Part shown: positions 54,448 through 64,000 of the stretch, one piece after another
Position numbering within the stretch: the first letter of the stretch is position 1
Layout: the number at the start of each line of letters is the position of its first letter
NCBI GenBank assembly: GCA_964016885.1
Contig: OZ024740.1
Span: 327,732,001 to 327,796,000 of the forward strand
Direction of reading: 5' to 3'
Length of the DNA stretch: 64,000 nt
Source: Eledone cirrhosa
Lineage: Eukaryota
Notes under the pieces: generated by a model
The model's database searches: none
Seen by the model: only the letters and a program-made list of their open reading frames with translations
Told to the model about the DNA's origin: nothing
Program-made: the position numbers and the translations under genes

Positions 54448-57185
54448 ATAAAAATTATCAATCTTACTAGTGCAGAACCAACACCCAACCTTATCAACTT
54501 ACTCTCCAAAGGTCTTAAATTCACACCGACCCCACTACGTCCTAACTACTATGAAATGAAGGAAGACATCACAGACTTCTGTAGAAAGTTACGACTTAGT
54601 GAACAACTATTCGACCAGTACAATGAGGATGAATCATTAGCCAGAAATAGAAGCAATTACACCCCTTCAAAAGGTAGAAATAAAATCCTGGACGAATTCT
54701 GTGAACACATCACAAACTTCTCTTACCAACACTTGCACAGACAAAAACACAAGCCAAACCTCAACAAGAAAGAATGGGAAGAATTAAATAGATTAAAAAC
54801 CGACAGAACCATTACAATTAAAGAGGCTGATAAAGGGAGTACAGTAGTCCTAATGAAGACAGAATTCTATATCAACTTAGCGCTCTCCACTTTGGAAAAC
54901 GAAACATACTACGAAAAGGCTGAACACTACAATCAACAGAAAATTATAAGAAACCTAAAAACTCTAATCAACCAATACAAAGAAGGACTCACTCACAAGG
55001 AATTCAGCTTCATCACAGACTTCACAAGTAAATCCAGCCTTTTCTACGGTATCCCTAAAGTACATAAAAGCGAATCAATCAGTAAGGCATGCAAGGAAGC
55101 CACAGACATAGTCATCAATGTCCCCTCACCCAATGATCTCAAATTAAGACCTATAATAGCAGGCCCCGCTTGCGAAACGCACCGTCTTAGCAAATTCATT
55201 GATACCCTTCTCAAACCCTTCCTCAAGCACATCAAAAGCTATATAAGGGACGACCTAGATATGCTCAATCACCTCCCTAATATGCCACTTTCTGAACAAA
55301 CCCTACTAGTGACGTTCGATGTAGTCAACCTATACTCCAACATCCCCCACAACCTAGGAATAGAAGCTATCCAATTCTGGCTGGATAATTTCCACAATGA
55401 ACTCCCACAACGCATCAAAAAAGAATTCGTGATAGAGGGACTCAAATTTATCTTGCAGAACAATTACTTCGTTTTCAATAACAAACCCTACAGGCAGAAA
55501 TCTGGGACCGCTATGGGAACGAAAACAGCCCCTACTTATGCCAACCTAGTCATGAGATACCTGGAAATCACCCTCTACACTAAAGTCCTAAACAAATTTG
55601 GAAACACCCTCCGCTTACACATTGAAAGGAACTGGAAGCGATATCTAGATGACTGCTTCATCCTTTGGCACGAAAACATCGAAAAACTTAAAGAATTTCA
55701 CACCCTTATAAATGGGCTCAACACAAATATTAACTTGACGATGGAATACAGCCATCAACAACTCCCCTTCCTCGACATCCTCATTAAGATCCATAACAAA
55801 AAAATAGAAACAGACATATACTACAAACCCACAGACTCCAAGCAATATCTCCCCTTCAACTCTTGCCACCCTAGACACGTTAAAATTAATATTCCCTACA
55901 ACTTAGCCAAGAGAATCTGTACTATAGTCTCCAATAAAAACATCTGCTACTTACGGCTACAAGAACTAAAGGACACACTCATAGGCAGGGACTACCCTGC
56001 ATCACTAATTGACAATGGAATCCAACGTGCCCTAAAACTCAGTACCCAGGACCTTAGACACCCTAAAGTAAATCAACCAAAACTAAAAGCTCTTCCATAC
56101 ATCTCCACACACAACCCCCTCAACAATGAGGCCTTTGACACCATCCTCCAGAACATCCCTGTATTGAAAAAGGACCATAGAATGAACCAAATTCTACGAA
56201 CACACGATATCATAAAGAGCAAAAGACAATCCAAGTCAATGAAAAACATCTTAACACATGCCAAAGTACTGCCAACCACAACAACGAAACCCACAGTAAA
56301 AAAATGCGATAGACCCAACTGTGGCATTTGCATCAACCTAATAGAGGGTTCGGACAACATTTTATAGTAAAACACAATTTCACATGTGCATCGGAAAATC
56401 TAATATATGTATTAACTTGTTCAGGTTGTCGAGAACAATACATAGGCCAGACCAAAAACAGCCTCCGCCAACGCATGACTGTCCATAGATCCCAAATTAA
56501 AATACGGGAATACAGGAAAATACCACTGAGTGAACACATTGATACCTGTGCCGCCCAAAATCATCCCAACTTCAGAATCTTTCCCCTCTACAAATTTAAA
56601 GATAATGCCACCCACACCCAGCGCATCAGCAAGGAATCTTACTTCATTAACAAATACGGACCCCGTCTAAACACTTCTCCCTAAGACGAACCCACAACAT
56701 ACACACGTCAACATACATACCTACATCAGCACACATCTCTACCCACATATAAACACAATGACACACGTAAACACACATGCTCTATGGTGCAATACAAAAA
56801 AATATATGTGCATATATATATGTATGTATATATGTATATATATATATATATGTAGTGAATATATGTATGTGTATGTATATATAGTGAATATCATTTCACA
56901 CCTTTTATTGTTAAGATTTTTGATGTTCTATTAAGAGAACCGATTTTACTGAAAAAATCGAATAATGTACACCATTTTACCAGGGGGAAAAAATACTGGT
57001 CCACCCACACACACACACACATATACACAAACACATACACACGCGTACATCAACATACAAAGAGACTTATATACACACACACGCACTTCTCCGTATAAGA
57101 CAAAAGCTGAAAAATATCTTTTGACATGCTAAAATACCCCCCATTGCTTTCAGACACATTCTTACTGACCATCGAATTACTCTGC

Positions 57186-57240
<55 letters not shown>

Positions 57241-57311
57241 ATATTAATAGCCATTTGACACACATCGCTGCTGGCCATTGTCGCAGCATCGAACACCTTA
57301 CTACTACTACA

Positions 57312-57354
<43 letters not shown>

Positions 57355-57878
57355 ACACACACACACATATTTGTTGTGAAAGAGTCATTTCTCAATCTTG
57401 GCGCAAAACCAATTTTTTATCCACATGACCTCTACCGACCAATCAAAATTGTTTTGACCAAGAATTTTTGCTGGAGACACTTTTTTAACATAAAAACAGT
57501 CTTGGCGCAAAATCAACTTTTTACATTCACATGACCTTTACCGACCAATCAAAATTGTTTTGACCACAAGCATTTTTGCAACACAAAAATAACGCTGGAG
57601 CCACTTTTTTAACATAAAAACAGGTAGAATTCCCAAAACTAATCAGATCAGAGCAAACAGCACGGACACTCTATCTCAAAATTATTTTTGAAAAGCATTT
57701 AGAAATGCGCAACCGGTAAAAACTTAAAAACTTAAAACCACAACTGAATACTAACCCATACAATCACTAATACTCTTTTATTCCTAATTAAACCATTTTT
57801 CAACTGTGAACAATTTGTCAGCATTTTCTATTCCGTTTACCAATATATAATAACTTGTGTGTTACACCTCTATTCTTT

Positions 57879-57885
<7 letters not shown>
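54446..57885 (+). mobile_element. 5'-truncated Penelope-like element (Neptune type) with long 3' region, in (TA)n
   Basis: RT+GIY-YIG ORF followed by ~1.2 kb of 3' sequence containing microsatellites and a ~105-bp tandem duplication (57396-57623). Confidence 0.8.
54556..56684 (+). pseudogene. Penelope-like reverse transcriptase + GIY-YIG endonuclease, one frameshift near 56350
   Basis: IKEADKG, FYGIPKVHK, LRPII, TFDVVNLYSNIP, GTAMGT, WKRYLDDCF, LPFLD, YYKPTD; CxxxxCxxC linker; LIYVLTCSGCREQYIGQT...RMTVH; true start upstream is missing. Confidence 0.92.
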
Positions 57886-60897
<3,012 letters not shown>

Positions 60898-60904
60898 ATT
60901 ATTA

Positions 60905-61090
60905 TTGGTGGATTGGCAGTATTGGTAGAGGGTCGGACGCCATGCTTTCCACCATAGTTACGTCCCTTTATGATCTGAGTTCAAATCCCGCCGAGGTTGA
61001 CTTTGCCTTTCATCCTTACGGGGTCGATAAAATAAAGTACCAGTAATGCACTGGGTAATTGCTGGCCTTGTGCCTAAAGTAGAAACAATT
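60905..61090 (+). mobile_element. SINE family B, full length, between (ATT)n tracts
   Basis: GGTGGATTGGCAGTATTGGTAGAG head, B box, conserved body. Confidence 0.85.
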
Positions 61091-61101
61091 ATTATTATTC
61101 T

Positions 61102-61132
<31 letters not shown>

Positions 61133-61523
61133 GTTTTATTCATCTGTTATATATTGTGGCAGGACACCCGTTCCGATTGGCCAGACACCTTTTACGATTC
61201 CCAGATATCGAGAGAAAGAACCAAGAAGGCGTGACGCAGAATAGTCAGGGGGACCTGCGGCGAGTGAACATTAATTGCGAAGATGTGGAAAATTTACAAC
61301 GATTAATCGTTTAAAATAGTGAAATCTTGGTACTTCATGAGCTGGGCAGCTCAGGAGAACCTAAGTCTAAGTAAGTTTGGATATAACTTAAATTAAGATT
61401 ATTCTCACGTTTTACCAGCCTGGTGAAAGCAACGGCCATGTTTCGATTATATGAGATCTCATCAAATCATATTCACTTAGCAAGGTTGACTTCATAATAA
61501 CAGTTTCTCTCTCTCTCTCTCTA

Positions 61524-61596
<73 letters not shown>

Positions 61597-61597
<1 letters not shown>

Positions 61598-62475
61598 GTA
61601 TAATAAACAATACAATATAATTACCTCATTACCAGAGGGTTCCCGAATAAGACGAATACAAGAAACGTCCTCATTCGTTCGTCAGACAAGGCAATTTAAA
61701 ACATAGTGAAATATTTGAAAATTTGAAAAATCTCCTCGAGAAAGACAAAAGTTTAACGGAAAAAAATATATAAATAAAAGTAATGCAAGAGATATATGAA
61801 GATAAAATAAGGAAATATAGTAAGGGTATATGTATAAATGTGTGTATATGCACCTACAAATGTACATATGTGTGTATGTACAAATGCATGTGTATAGTGA
61901 AAAAATGTGTGCGTAAGTACATACATGAAGGCAAGCATATCAGTGTATGTGTGACCACAAATACGTATATAATATATGTTAAAAAAAGAAATTGTAAGAT
62001 AATAGAGTTAGCGTACATACAGACTCAGGGACTAAGGATTGAAATATATACACATACAAGAATGAATTCACGCGTATAAACATACACACACGCGCAACCA
62101 CATACATGTATGTGATATATACAGGGAAGGGAATGTATCAGTCAAAGCAGTGTCGATACAGATATAAAAATATAAAATATGAAAATGAAATAATATATAA
62201 GAATAAAAAAATTAAATCAAAGCGAAAGTAAGAGGGAGGGGTTATCAATTATAAAGTAACACGAGAAAAAATAAATAAAAAGTAGAAAACATACAGAGGT
62301 TCGAACACACATATATATATATATATTTATAAATATATATATATATATACGTACAGACAAAAGCACATATATGCGTACATACATACAAAAGCGCGCATAC
62401 ATACACACGATACATATAATATATATACATACATGTTCATCTAATCACACGCACGCACGCGACCATATCTATCTA

Positions 62476-62519
<44 letters not shown>

Positions 62520-64000
62520 TATCTAAAAAACAGATATAAAAACACACATACACACACACATATACACATACACGCGCACATACGAATGCATTCGTATACA
62601 TATAAAAACACGTATACACACACATGCACACTTACACGCATACATACAATATAAAAACCACCGTATGAATAAATGAGTACAAATTATACGCAAGTAAACA
62701 TACATAAAAGCGGCTGAGGGACAACAGAATATATCTGGAACTGAAAACACAAGTGACATGTGATATCAGATAGTGAAAGAAAAGGGGGGAAGTAAAATAT
62801 GTAAAATTGTGAAGGTATAAAGTAAGTGAAACAAAAAGCAGGGGGGGGGGGGTCACTAGTGGATGTGAGGTAAAAATAAAGTTAAAAATAAAAATAAAAA
62901 TAAAAGAGAAGTTAAGGAAAGTGAAGAACAAGAGTTTATGGAGGATAAGTATCTGAAAGTGAGTTAAGTTTATATGAGCTGGAAAGCAAGTGTGATTTCA
63001 GGTGAAAATTTTTGTTTTTGCATTTAGACAGGTTTTTGGTGATTTAAGGTTCTGTAAAATCCAATATTTTTCACTTATGCAGAGTGCGCATCTTCTTGTT
63101 CCTCTTGCATATTCATACGGCTGGTTTTTATATTGTATGTATGCGTGTAAGTGTGCATGTGTGTGTATACGTGTTTTTATATGTATACGAATGCATTCGT
63201 ATGTGCGCGTGTATGTGTATATGTGTGTGTGTATGTGTGTTTTTATATCTATGTTTTTACATATATATATATATATATATGGTCGCGTGCGTGCGTGTGA
63301 TTATATGTACATGTATGTATATATATGTGGATCGTGTGTATGTATGCGCGCTTTTGTATCTATGTACGCATGTATGTGCTTTTGTCTGTACGTATATATA
63401 TTTTTTTATATATATATATATGTGCGTACGAATCTCTGTATGTTTTCTACTTTTTATTTATTTTTTCTCGTGTTACTTTATAATTGATAACCCCTCCCTC
63501 TTAATTTCTCTTTGATTTGATTTTTTTATTCTTATATATTATTTCATTTTCATATTGTATATTTTTATATCTGCATCGACCTTCAGCCTGACACTGCTTT
63601 GACTGATACTGTCCCTCGCCTGTATATATCACATACATGTATGTGGTTGCGCGTGTGTGTATGTTTATACGCGTGCTTTCATCCTTCTATGTGTATATAT
63701 TTCAATCCTTAGTCCCTGAGTCTGTATGTACGCTAACTCTATTATCTTACAATTTCTTTTTTCAACATATATTATATACGTATTTGTGGTCACACATACA
63801 CTGATATGCTTGCCCTCATGTATGTTCTTACGCACACATCTTTTTTACTATACACATGCATTTGTACATACACACATATGTACATTTGTAGGTGCATATA
63901 CACACATTTATACACATACCCTTACTATATTTACTTATTTTATTTTTATACATCTCTTGCATTACTTGTATTTATATTTTTTTTTACGTTAAACTTTTGC
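61597..64000. repeat. Large inverted repeat (arms ~61747-62671 and ~63109-64000+), probably Penelope-type 3' regions
   Basis: Right arm is the diverged reverse complement of the left and runs off the window; degenerate HHR at outer end of left arm. Confidence 0.8.

Noticed and set aside
57795-57830. HHR at the Neptune element 3' end (CTG-TGAACAATTTGTCAG)
   Set aside because: Core and stem II missing; at best a deleted remnant
61145-61502. Solo LTR (TGTTAT...ATAACA)
   Set aside because: No target-site duplication; contains only a degenerate HHR-like motif (61436-61465), so class is unresolved
62710-62765. CTGAGGG...GAAAACACAAGTG as HHR
   Set aside because: Two core positions wrong and no stem I

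Overview
AT-rich, microsatellite-dense eukaryotic DNA with no host protein-coding exon I can support. The SINE families and repeat landscape suggest a coleoid cephalopod such as Octopus, but that is inference. The window is mostly nested mobile DNA: a decayed Tigger/pogo transposase, a Tigger-type MITE, one near-full-length Helitron (Rep-helicase pseudogene) and two non-autonomous Helitrons, a near-full-length L1/Tx1 element, four 5'-truncated R4/Dong-type elements in (TAA)n, CRE, RTE and CR1 fragments, two Penelope-like elements (Neptune-type RT+GIY-YIG, Naiad-type GIY-YIG), and many tRNA-derived SINEs. The most notable signal is a set of hammerhead-ribozyme (HHR) non-coding elements. The main one is a tandem array of ~3.5 near-identical, highly structured 310-bp monomers (46003-47080), each with a minus-strand type I HHR, i.e. 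a candidate non-LTR retrozyme/circRNA-producing locus. Other HHR-bearing repeats lie in inverted pairs, several with a non-canonical U-U at the base of stem II. A 597-bp 1.37-mer element has a similar architecture but no recognisable ribozyme. All calls were made by eye; coordinates of decayed elements are approximate.
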